Shown here piece after piece: positions 40,201 to 52,475 of a stretch of DNA of 64,000 nt. The notes under the pieces were generated by a model that worked only from the letters and a program-made list of their open reading frames with translations, made no database searches and was not told the origin of the DNA. Every line of letters begins with the position of its first letter. The stretch's first letter is position 1. Position numbers and translations under genes: made by a program. Origin of the DNA: Tubulanus polymorphus (taxonomy: Eukaryota; Animalia; Nemertea); assembly GCF_964204645.1 (NCBI RefSeq), contig NC_134032.1, positions 10,218,275-10,282,274 of the forward strand, in the 5' to 3' direction.

Positions 40201-41028
40201 AAACCTGGGAAAGTCAATGTAATAAAAAAATCAGGGGAAACTAAAGGAATTTGATGAATTTTACCCGAAAAATTAATGAATTTTTAAGTTTTATACCTTA
40301 CAATTTCTCTGAATCACTTAGGGATTTTAGTGTAACCACAAGGACAAATCAGGGAAAACTTAAGGGATTTGAAAATGGTTCAAAATTTGCCATACTGGTC
40401 AAATTTGTTGGTAGAGTTTAAATTTATTCACTGGACTTAAATCTCACAAGAATATTCATCTATTTTCAGACCGAGTCCGATTTGGCCGGTGAGCGGCGCG
40501 GCTAAGAAGGCATCGGCGTCGGCGCATGTTGAGAACCTGGCGCGCCACAAACCCGTGCACCGCCAGTACATGTACGACCGCCCGGTGCAGACCTTCATAC
40601 CGGAATCGGCAAAAAAAGTTGAAGCGACGCCGCGTATCGAAGCCTTGGCGCGCGCCAAAACCTATCACCCGTTGCCGATTCTCGATCTCCGCGAGTGGGA
40701 CTGGTCGGACTGGAACGAACGCGTGCCGAAGAAGGCCTTGTCGGCGCACTGCTCCGGCCGCATCGAAGACTTGGCGCGTGCTAAAACCTTGCACAGAGAT
40801 TTCAGCGCCAACCGTCCGATACAGTGGGACGTGGCGCCGAGCGCGCAAAAGGCGCAGGCCTCTGCGCGTATAACCGCGTTGGCGCTGGCGAAAGCGCGCG
40901 TCAGCCTGAACGACGAGTACGACCCGTATAAGGTACCGCTCGGCGCCAAACATTGCCAGGCGACTCCGCGCGTCCAGGAACTCGCCGTACCACTTCCAAG
41001 GAAATGCCGGCAGAAGAAAATCGTTTAA
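23381..41028 (+). CDS. Testicular haploid expressed gene (THEG/SPMAP2)-like repeat protein, 5 exons
   Basis: Exons 23381-23393, 23496-23565, 38498-38562, 38753-38819 and 40470-41028 join in phase: ..RIHELSQPK..EDR|HSVYWVDK..|LTPRQQQL..DYRGDR|PSPIWPVS..ATPRIEALARAK..RIEDLARAK..ATPRVQELAVP. These are typical THEG repeats. Confidence 0.85.
25895..27542 (-). CDS. Single-domain TIMP/NTR-like protein, copy 2 (identical to copy 1)
   Basis: Exons 27542-27434, 27332-27238, 26549-26441, 26061-25895. Confidence 0.85.
30384..32691 (-). CDS. Single-domain TIMP/NTR-like protein, copy 3 (C-H-C)
   Basis: Exons 32691-32583, 32272-32178, 31437-31329, 30529-30384; CHCRQRSLKYHFC..VVKAKI..SAGSLCG..RIGRC..IDC; C-terminal tail 7 codons shorter than copy 1. 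Confidence 0.87.
34640..36491 (-). CDS. Single-domain TIMP/NTR-like protein, copy 4 (C-S-C)
   Basis: Exons 36491-36383, 36043-35949, 35402-35294, 34806-34640; CSCGGRSLKHHFC..VVEAEI..AAGSLCG..RIGIC..IDC..DFDKQLVNP*. Confidence 0.88.
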
Positions 41029-42929
41029 TGAAATCATTTGCAGAGGAGATAAAGTATATTATATTTGTGACGGGAGGAACTTTGGTTTTTTCCTGAAATT
41101 CTCTTAAATGTTTTTCATTTAGAATTTTTTCTATCTTCCCTAAAATGAATATTTTCGCCAATATTGTTTATGACGATTGGAAGATTTCATTGTTTTAAGC
41201 TAGATGAACACCCAAACAAGGGCAGATAGTATTTTTTTCAATTCTTCGAATTGAATATTTGTTTGTCAAATAGTAGCTTTACCTTACCTTTACACCGTCC
41301 ATTTCACTCTCCCCCCCTCCTCCCTCGCTTTAGTCAGTAAAGGCTTTAAGTATTTTTATGTTTAAGTTATGTTGCTTTAATTTGTTACGATTTATTTTGA
41401 AAAAATCTTTGTTAATAGATGTAATGTAAGTTTTTTGAATGGTAAAAATGGAAATTTTTCGCTTGTATGTTATTTTCGTCGCTTGTCTTTTTCAAATGAT
41501 AAATGGAAATTTTTTCGCTTGTTTGTTATTTTCATCGCTTGCCTTTTGCCCTACGCATTTATTGTCTTAATGGTTACTGCTGCATCCGATTGGAAAAAGA
41601 AACATTCAACTCCAGGACCCAGTTCCATAGTTCTACGTTGGAAAATTTCTTAGTTAAAAACAATGGTAATAAACTGAATCAATTATTTAACCGAAAATTA
41701 TGAACCTAGCTCCAGTAAAGTTTCATAGTTCTTGGTAAAATTTGACTATAAGGGTCCTTTATGCGAAATCGTGGCTTAAATTAAAGACGAGTCTAAGGTC
41801 TTCTTAGTTCGATCACAAATCTAACAACTTAAGACCAGTCTTACTTACGATCTTGGGCGGGTTGCATAGTCATGGCTTAGACTAAAGAGCGCTCTCAGAC
41901 CAACTTAGTTCTATAGCCGATCTAACAACTTAAGACCAGTCTGAAGTTTTAAGACCACTTTTGGACCCAAGTCACGAATCACTGAACTACTAGGCTCAGG
42001 ATCCAAACAGTAGAAATAATTTATAACTTATCTTAAACTTCGCATCCAAATTTGACCAAGAACAGTGCAACTGGGTCTGTATATATACATAAGTTTGCCG
42101 TGGTTTTTTCTTGAATTTTGTTTTGTAAATATTTTAGCATTTAATCACCGTGTGAATTAAGCTGTCCGATTGTGCCATTTTTCTTAGTCAATATAGAAAT
42201 TTTTAAAGTCATTGCGTGAACTCTGTAGAGTCCACCATTATCGTAATGGTCAGTCTATTTGCCCTCCTAAATTCTGCTGAAACCTAGGTGATAGTAATAC
42301 CTTTGGAAGGTTTTCATTGATTCTATGAAGCTTGGTCTTTGTAACAAAATCAAGTGGTTTTCAAATATTGCCCTGCAGTCCAAGGTATTAAACGTGCCCC
42401 CTCTGGCCGTAACTGTAGGTACCATATTTCGGTATTCAGCTTTGCGTTAATTGAACACTACGTGGGGTCAAATTTGACTCTCGTCAACTGTATCCAGAAT
42501 TTAATTAATCAAGTATTACCAAACCAGGTTTAAGTAGTATCATCCCTAGTGTATTGCGAGGAAGAATGGAAAAGACTGAATTTGTTCTATAACTTTATAT
42601 TTAATCCAAGTAAAATCTGTGATAATTCTAAGTGATTAATCCTGTTGATTGCTGCTGATAATGATTTTAATCGTTTTATCGTGGGTTTTTTTGTAATCTG
42701 ACCCAGAAAAAGACCATTTCTGTTTGGGTCTGATGGTATTTTTGATTGTGTTTGCGGTTGATTGTGTTTTCTATCGAATCAGACTTTTTTCTGAAATAAA
42801 GAGTGTAATTATTGAAATTTCTATTTCGACAAAAAAAATGTATATTTTTTCGTTCGTTTTGTTTTTCTTGTGAGCAGAAATGATTGATACTGTTATTCAA
42901 GTGGTCCTGATGCTGAATAGAGGAGTCTG

Positions 42930-45900
42930 GTTGTCCCATGCTCGAACCCAGTCTATTGATGAGCGTTCAGAACGTTACTGTGGCTGAATAGAGGATCAGC
43001 AGGTGTGTCCCAGTTCAAACCTACTCCATCGGATCTACCCATCTTCCAGCAAGCTTATCCCAAATTGATCTAATCTCTAATTAAGCTGGTTATGATTAAT
43101 TGATAATCAAAATGATTGTCTATTTAGATGGAAATTGAGAAAATTGATCAAATATTATGAACAATTCACGATCGCCATCTATTGGAATTTTCCGGAACTA
43201 ACTGTTTCTACGATCTAGTTCTTTCAATTTGTTCAAGTATAGTCGTATACACATGCGCCATCTACATGATCGAACAAGCAATTTTTGTGATGCAGTCGTT
43301 TCTTAATATGTTCAAAAACGTTAGACAAATAATTACGTTGCCTAATTAATTAATTTACGATTTGAATATTTTTTGAACTCATAGATGCATTTGAAATACT
43401 ATATATTTTCATTTCGGGAAGTTTTTGTAATATTGTTTGGGGTCTAAAGGATAATTCGATGCTTTACCCCCTCTGTCGGATTTTCACTGAACTAAATTCA
43501 CAATAGATCCTTTGTGTAAATTCGATGTACAATTTCATAATGGTAGATATGATCAATCCAATGTCTGTTCAGCGTCAACCCAAATCGGAATCAGTATCAA
43601 TGGACCAAATATCTCCATCTTTTCTTTAGACAAATAATAGACAAATAACTACGTAGCCAAATCAATTAATTTACGAGCAATTTGAATATGCTTTCAATTC
43701 ATAGATGCACTTAGAATACTGTATATTTTCATTTTGGGAGATTCTTGTGTCTCAATCTGGCGTCTAAAGTGTATTTCAATGCCGTACCCCCTCTGTCGGA
43801 TCACTGAATTAAGATCGCAATAGTTCCTTTGTGTAAATTCTATATGCATTTTCATACGGTATGAAATGATGAATTCGACGTCTGTTCAGCATCAGTGCAA
43901 CTCAGAATCAGCACCTTTGCACCAAACATCTCTGTCTTCTTAATTATCTATTCATCATCACCTGGACAACTGTGAATCAGTACCAGAATAGATCGCGTTT
44001 GCAGCTAACTCTATTCATTCTTAGTGACCAGGATGCTGAATAGGTGATAAGATGTTACAGGTTCGGACCCAGGACCCCCTGGTTATCCGCTGAATGTCTG
44101 GACCACTGTAAATCGGTATCAAAACACCTGGATTGAACTTGGTACACGGTCCCTGGTTTGATTCTGCGTGTTCTGTTGCCATGTGTCCATTTAAATAAAT
44201 GATAACTAGAGGTGCCCCAGGTTCGAGCCAGGTCCGATACTTATCCACGACATTTGCTGAAAAAACCACCCAGACAAAACTCAAGGTTCCAACCTGGGAT
44301 ACTCCTAATTTTTTAGGATATGATAGAACCAATTACGAATTTTTTTACTTATCGATAATTTATTCAACAAATATTTCTAAAAGCAATTAAGTTTTACACA
44401 TTTACGCATTTTGAATATGTTTTCAATTCATAGATGCATTTAAAACACTTTATATTATGATCTCGGGAGGTTTTTGTATTTTTATCTGGCGTCCAAAGTG
44501 TATTTCGATGTTTTACCCCCTCTGTCGGATTTTAACTGAACTAAAATCACAATAGATCCTTTGTGTAAATTCGATATCCATTTTCAATGACGAATTCGAC
44601 GTTTGTTCAGCGTCCGCACAACTCAGTATCAGCACCTTTGCAACAAACATCTCTGTCTTCTACATTATCTATTCATCATCTGGACAACTGTGAATCAGTA
44701 CCAGAATAGACCGCGTTTGCAGCTAACTCTATTCATTCTTAGTGACCAGGATGCTGAATAGGTGATGAGATGTTATCTACAAACGCAGTCTATTTTAATA
44801 CTGATTCACAGTTGGTTCTGAATCGATAGACCAGGCTCGAACCCAGGACCCCCTGGTTATTCACTGAATGTCGGGACCACTCTGAATCGGTATCAAAACA
44901 CCTGGTTTGAACTTGGTACACGGCCCCTGGTTCGATTCTGCGAGTCCTGTTGCTAAATAAATGATAACTAGTGGTGCCCCAGGTTTGAGCCCGGTCTGAT
45001 ACTGATCCAAGAAAAGAAAAAAAACCACCAAGACAAAAGTCAAGGTTCGATTCTCTATTCATCATCTGGACAACTGTGAATCAGTACCAGAATAGATCGC
45101 GTTTGTAGCTAACTCTATTCATTCTTAGTGTTCAGGAGGCTAAATAGGTGATAACATGTTGATAACATGTTGACATGTGTGATAGCATGTTATCTGCAAA
45201 CGCAGTCTATTTTAGTACTGCTTCACAGTTGGTTCTGAATCGATAGACCAGGTTCGAACCCAGGACTCCCTGGTTATCCACTGAATGGCTGGACTACTCT
45301 GAATCGGTATCAAAAATCTGGATTGAGCTTGGTGCCGGGTTTGATTCTGCGGGTCCTGCTGTTGAATAAATGATAACTAGAGGTGCCCCAGGTTCGAGCC
45401 CGGTCTACTGATACTGATCCAAGATAATTTGCTACAAAATCCTCACAGATTACTAGACACAAGGTTCGAACCTGGGATACTCCTAATTGTTAAAGGATAG
45501 GACAGAACCAATATCGATAGTTTTTACTTATCGATGATTTATTTAAAAAATTTCTCAGAACAATAGTTTTATATATCTACATTACATTTGTTAAACCCTC
45601 GACTGCCGGAAAAAGAATCCCTCGACTGCCACAGTAGCATTCTCTACTTACCTCCATATCGATATATGAAAATCTGATACGAATTCTTTACAAAGGATCT
45701 ATTATGATTTTAGTTCAGTGAAAATCCACCAGAGGGGGCAGGGAATCGAAATACCCTAAGACCTAAGAGAAAATGACAAAAACCTCCCGTAATCTTAAAA
45801 TACAGTGTGTTAAATAGATCTATGAATCCAAAACATAATCAAATTACTCGTAAATTAATTATTTTGGCAACGTAATTATTTTCGTAACGTATTTGAACTT

Positions 45901-48900
45901 ATTTAGAATGGACCGATATATTCTCAGATATCTGTTTGAGGAATTTCTGGCCTGGAATTTCCATGATTCGGACGTTTCTAAATAAGCTCAAATACGTTGG
46001 ACAAATAATTACGTTGCCAAATCAATAAATTTACGAGCAATCTGAATATGTTTTCAATTCATAGATGCACTTAAAATACTGTATATTTTCATTTCGGGAG
46101 ATTTTTGTATTTTCATCTGGCGTCTAAAGTGAATTTCGATGCCGTACCCTCTCTGTCGGATTTTCACTGAACTAAAATCACAATAGATCCTTTGTTCAGC
46201 ATCAGTGCAACTCAGAATCAGCACCTTTGCACCAAAAATCTCTGTGTTCTAATTATCTATTCATCATCATCTAGACAACAGTTGGTTCTGATTCGATAGA
46301 CCAGGTTCGAACCCAGGACCCCCTGGTTATCCGCTGAATGTCTGGGCCACTGTGAATCGGTATCAAAACACCTGGTTTGAACTTGGTACACGGCCCCTGG
46401 TTCGATTCTGCGAGTCCTGTTGCTAGATAAATGATAACTAGAGGTGCCCCAGGTTCGAGTCTGGTTTACTGATACGTATCCACAGAACCCAGGACTGCCA
46501 AGTAATGTTCTGAATGTCTAGACCCCTGCTGATTATATGATAACTAGAGGTGGCCCAGGCTGGAGCCCGGTCTGATACTGATCCACGAAATTAGCTGAAA
46601 AAACCACCCAGACAAAAGTCAAGGTTCGAACCTGGGATGCTCCTAATTTTTTAGGATATGATAGAACCAATTACGAATTTTTTTTACTAATCGATAATTT
46701 CGAACAAATATTTCTAAAAGCAATTAAGTTTTACACATTTACATTACATTTAATTAACCCTCGACTGCCAGAGAAAGAATCCATCGACTGCCACAATAGC
46801 ATTCTCTACTCACTATCATATTGATCTATGAAAATCTGTATGAATTCTTCACAAAGGATCTATTATGATTTAGGTTCAGTGAAAATCCGACAGAGGGGGC
46901 AGGGAATCGAAATACCCTTAAGACCTAAGAGAAAATGACAAAAATCTCCCGAAAACATAAAATACAGTGTGTTAAGTGGATCTATGGATCCAAAACATAA
47001 TCAAATTACTCTTAAATTAATTAATCAGGCAACGTAATTATTTTCGTAACGTATTTGAACTTGTTTAGAAACGACTGAATCATAGAAATTCCACGCCAGA
47101 AATCCGTCAAACTGGTATCAGAGAAAAAAGCGGTCGTTTTTAAATACGTTCAAATACGTTACGAAAATAATTACGTTGCCTGGTTAATACGTTAGACAAA
47201 TAATTACGTTGCCAAATCAATTAATTCACGAGCAATTTGAATATGTATTGAATTCATAGATATATTTAAAACACTTTATATTATGATTTCGGAAGTTTTT
47301 TGTATGCTTATTTGGCGTCTTAAGTGTATTTCGATGCTCTATTCCCTCTGTCGGATTTTTGCTGAACTAAAATCACAATAGATCATTTGTGTAAATGCCA
47401 TATGCATTTTCATACGGTAATCAATGATGAATTCGACGTTAGTTCAGTATCAGCGCAGCTCAGAATCAGTACCTCTGCACCAAACATCCCTGTCTTAATT
47501 CTCTATTCATCATACGGACAACTGTGAATCACTACCAGAATAGATCGCGTTTGTAGCTAACTATATTCATTCTTAGTGTTCAGGACGCTGAATAGGTGAT
47601 AACATGTTATCTACAAACGCAGTCTATTTTAGAACTGCTTCACAGTTGGTTCTGAATCGATAGACCAGGTTCGAACCCAGGACTCCCTGGTTATCCACTA
47701 AATGGCTGGACCACTCTGAATCGGTATCAAAACACCTGGATTGAGCTTGGTGCCAGGTTTGATTCTTCGAGTCCTGCTGTTGAATAAATGATAACTAGAG
47801 CCTCAGGTTCGATCCCGTTCTACTGATACTGATCCAAGATAATTTGCTACAAAATCCTCACAGATTAATAGACACGAGGTTCGAACCTGGGATCCTCCTA
47901 ATTGTTAAAGGATAGGACAGAACCAATAACGATAGTTTTTACTAATCGATAATTTATTTTAAAAATTTCTCAGAACAATAGTTTTATATATTTACATTAC
48001 ATTTGTTAAACCCTTGACTGCCGGAGAAAGAATCCGTCGACTGCCACAGTAACATTCTCTACTTACCTCCATATCTATATATGAAAATCTTGATACGAAT
48101 TCTTTACAAAGGATCTATTATGATTTTGGTTCAGTGAAAATCCACCAGATGGGGCAGGGAATCGAAATACCCTTAAGACCTGAAGAAAATGACAAAAACC
48201 TCCCGAAAACATAAAATACTGAATTAAAATCACAATAGATCCTTTGTGATAAGATGTTACAGGTTCGAACCCAGGACCTCTTAGTTATCCGCGGAATGTC
48301 TGGACCACTGTGAATCGGTATCAAAACACCTGGATTGAACTTGGTGCCGGGTTTGATTCTGCGAGTCCCGCTGTTGAATAAATGATAACTAGAGGTGCCC
48401 CAGGTTCGAGCCTGGTCTACTGATACCGATCCAAGATAATTTGCTACAAAATCCTCACAGATTAATAGACACAAGGTTCGAACCTGGGATACTCCTAATT
48501 GTTAAAGGATAGGACAGAACCAATAACGATAGTTTTTACTAATTGATGATTTATTTTAAAAATTTCTCAAAACAATAGTTTTATATATTTACATTACATT
48601 TGTTAAACCCTCGACTGCCGGAGAAAGAATCCCTCGACTGCCACAGTAGCATTCTCTACCTCCATATCGATATATGAAAATCTGATACGAATTCTTTACA
48701 AAGGATCTATTATGATTTTAGTTCAGTGAAAATCCGACAGAGGGGGCAGGGAATGGAAATACCCGATGTATATAATAGTATATATAGTATTGTAAATAGT
48801 TGATGTATATATATATTTCGTTACGTTTTCATTCTCTAAATTTTAATCACTTCAGTGTTGTTTTGTAAATATTTGTATATACATGTGTAATAGTTTTCCT

Positions 48901-51900
48901 CCATATACCATGGAAATGGTTGGAGTGTAAATAAATCGTAATCGTAATCGTAATCGTAACCCTTAAGACCTAAGAGAAAATGACAAAAACATCCCGCAAT
49001 CTTACAATACAGTGTGTTCAATAGATCTATGAATCCAAAACATAATCAAATTACTCGTAAGTTAATTAATTTGGCAACGTAATTATTTTAGTTACGTATT
49101 TGAACTTATTTAGAAACGATCGCTTTATTCTCTGATACCAGTTTGATGGATTTCTGGCATTGAATTTCCAGGATTCGGTTGTTTCTGAATAAGCTCAAAT
49201 ACGTTTGGCAAATAATTACGTTGCAAAATCAATTAATTTAAGAGCATTTTGAATATGTTTTCAATTCATAGATTCATTCAAAACACTTAATATTGTGATC
49301 TCGGGAGGTTTTTGTATTTTTATCTGGCGTCCAAAGTGTATTTCGATGTTTTACCCCCTCTGTCGGATTTTCACTGAACTAAAATCACGATAGATCCTTT
49401 GTGTAAATTCGATATCCATTTTCAATGACGAATTCGACGTTTGTTCAGCATACACACTACTCAGTATCAGCACCTTTGCAACAAACATCTCTGTCCTCTT
49501 CATTATCTTTTCATCATCTGGACAACTGTGAATCAGTACCAGAATAGATCGCGTTTGCAGCTAACTCTATTCATTCTTAGTGACCAGGATGCTGAATAGG
49601 TGATAAGATGTTATCTACAAACGTAGTCTATTTTAGTACTGATTCACAGTTGGTCCATTTTAGTACCGATTCACAGTTGGTTCTGAATCGATAGACCAGG
49701 CTCGAACCCAGGACCCCCTGGTTATCCACTGAATGTCGGGACCACTCTGAATCGGTATCAAAACACCTGGTTTGAACTTGGTCTACGGCCCCTGGTTCGA
49801 TTCTGCGAGTCCTGCTGCTAAATAAATGATAACTAGAGGTGGCCCAGGTTTGAGCCCGGTCTGATACTGATCCAAGAAAAGAAAAAAAAAAACAACCCAG
49901 ACAAAAGTCAAGGTTCGAACCTGGGATACTCCTAATTTTGTATTTAGGATATGACAAAATCAATAACGAATTTTCTTACTTATCGATAATTTATTCAATA
50001 AATATTTCTGAAAGCAATTAAGTTTTACACATTTACATTACATTTACCAAACCCTCGACTGCCAGCGAAAGAATCCCTCGACTGCCGCAGTAGCATTCTC
50101 AACTCACCTTCATATTACTATATGAAAATATGTATGAATTCTTCACAAAGGATCTATAATGATTTTAGTTCAGTGAAAATCCGACAGAGGGGGCAGGGAA
50201 TCGAAATACCCTTTAGACCTAAGAGAAAATGACAAAAATCTCCCGAAATCATAACATACAGTGTGTTAAATGGATCTATGAATTTAAAACAAAATCAAAT
50301 TACTCGCAAATTAATCAATATGGCAACGTTATTATTTTCGTAACGTATTTGAACTTATTTAGAAACGACCGCTATATTCTCTATATCTATTCTTTGGTGT
50401 GAAATGTCTATGATTCAGTCGTTTCTAAATAAGTTCAAATACGTTGGACAAATAATTACGTTGCAAAATTAATGAATTTACAAGCAATTTGAATATGTAT
50501 TGAATTCATAGATGCATTTCAAACACTTTATATTATTATTTCGGGAAGTTTTTGTATTCTTATCTGGCGTCCAAAGTGTATTTCGATGTTTTCCCCCCTC
50601 TGTCGGATTTTCACTGAACTAAAATCACAATAGATCCTTTGTGTAAATGCTATATGCATTTTCATACGGTAATCAATGATGAATTCGACGTCTGATCAGC
50701 ATCAGCACAGATCAGAATCAGTACCTCTGCACCAAACATCCCAGTCTTAATTCTCTATTCATCATCTGGACAACTGTGAATCAGTACCAGAATAGATCGC
50801 GTTTGTAGCTAACTCTATTCATTCTTAGTGTTCAGGACGCTGAATAGGTGTTAACATGTTATCTACAAACGCGGTCTATTTCTAGTACTGCTTCACAGTA
50901 GGTTCTGAATCGATAGACCAGGTTCGAACCCAGGACTCCCTGGTTATCCATTGAATGTCTGGACCACTCTGAATCGGCCCCAGGTTCGAGGCCGGTCTAC
51001 TGATACACATCCAAGATAATTTGCTACAAAATCGAGCAATCTGAATATGTTTTCAATTCATAGATGCACTGAAAATACTGTATATTTTCATTTCGGGAGA
51101 TTTTTGTATTTTTATCTGGCGTCTAAAGTGTATTTCGATGCTCTACTCCCTCTGTCGGATTTTCACTGAACTAAAATCACAATAGATCCTTTGTTCAGCA
51201 TCAGTGCAACTTAGGATCAGCACCTTTGCACCAAACATCTGTCTTCTAATTAGTCTATTTTAGTACTGATTCACAGTTGGTCCATTTAAGTACCGATTCA
51301 CAGTTGGTTCTGAATCGATAGACCAGGCTCGAACCCAGGACCCCCTGGTTATTCACTGAATGTCGGGACCACTCTGAATCGGTATCAAAACACCTGGTTT
51401 GAATTTGGTCTACGGCCCCTGGTTCGATTCTGCGAGTCCTGTTGCTAAATAAATGATAAATAGTGGTGCCCCAGGTTTGAGCCCGGTCTGATGCTGATCC
51501 AAGAAAAGAAAAAAACCACCCAGACAAAAGTCAAGGTTCGAACCTGGGATACTCCTAATTTTGTATTTAGGATATAAGAGAACCAATAACGAATTTTCTT
51601 ACTTATCGATAATTTATTTACAATTATTTCTAAAAGCAATTAAGTTTTGAATAAGAATTCTTCACAAAGGAGCTATTATGATTTTAGTTCAATGAAAATC
51701 CAACAGATGGGGTAAAGCATCGAAATACCCTTTATACATCAAAGAAAATTGTAAGAACCCCCCGAAATGAAAATATATGGTATTTAAAACACATCTATCA
51801 ATTCAAAACATATTCAAATTACTTGTTGATTAAATGATTAGACAACGTAATTATTTGTCTAACGTATTTGAACTTATTTCGAAACGACTGTAATAATATC

Positions 51901-52310
51901 TCAAACCGGTTTTACGGGTTTCTGGTAGTTCTAGTTTAGTCTCATAGATGGCGAATGTGTGTAAGCATGCACTTCCAGGAATTGTTAGAGCTAGATCGCA
52001 GAAACACTTAGTTCCGGGAAATTCTAATAGATGGCGATCGTGTATGAATCATTAATAATAGCGTTTTAGTATAGATTTTATTCGTTTCTATTCATCATTG
52101 AATTGATAAAAAGGATAAGCTTCAGATTGAACAATTTCTGGGTTATACATGAAAGCCGAGTTACATCTATGTGGAACTGCTGCATACATGATGAAGTGAC
52201 CAATATATCAGTTTCAAACATGCCATGGGATGCCTGTGCTTATCCTCTTTCCAGCGTCCATGCCACCTAGAATCAACATCAATGGATTGGGCTCAAACCT
52301 GGGTCACCGT
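42930..52310. repeat. Complex array of ~1.2-1.6 kb foldback units bounded by long diverged inverted arms
   Basis: Outer arms: CGATCGCCATCTATTGGAATTTTCCGGAACTAA (~43169) versus TTAGTTCCGGGAAATTCTAATAGATGGCGATCG (~52008). A ~250-bp module recurs in both orientations, with many GGTTCGAACCC-like motifs. Confidence 0.85.
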
Positions 52311-52475
52311 TGTAAGGGATTTAAATTAAAACAATGGTTATTTTACAAAACTTTATTTCTAATAAAAACAAAAAATAAATGACTCAATCAACAAATTGGA
52401 CCAAGTTTCCAAATTTTGAATCGAATAAGGAATAGTTCATTTCCGTGGCAGATCCGAGTCTGCTCGTTGTTTTAG

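Noticed and set aside
40456-41037. 193-aa minus-strand ORF and other overlapping ORFs
   Set aside because: Antisense or alternate-frame shadows of the GC-rich THEG-like last exon.
44021-51639. Family of similar short ORFs in the array (..RTRRIEPGAV..)
   Set aside because: Frames are not preserved between copies and there is no recognisable domain; by-products of repetition.
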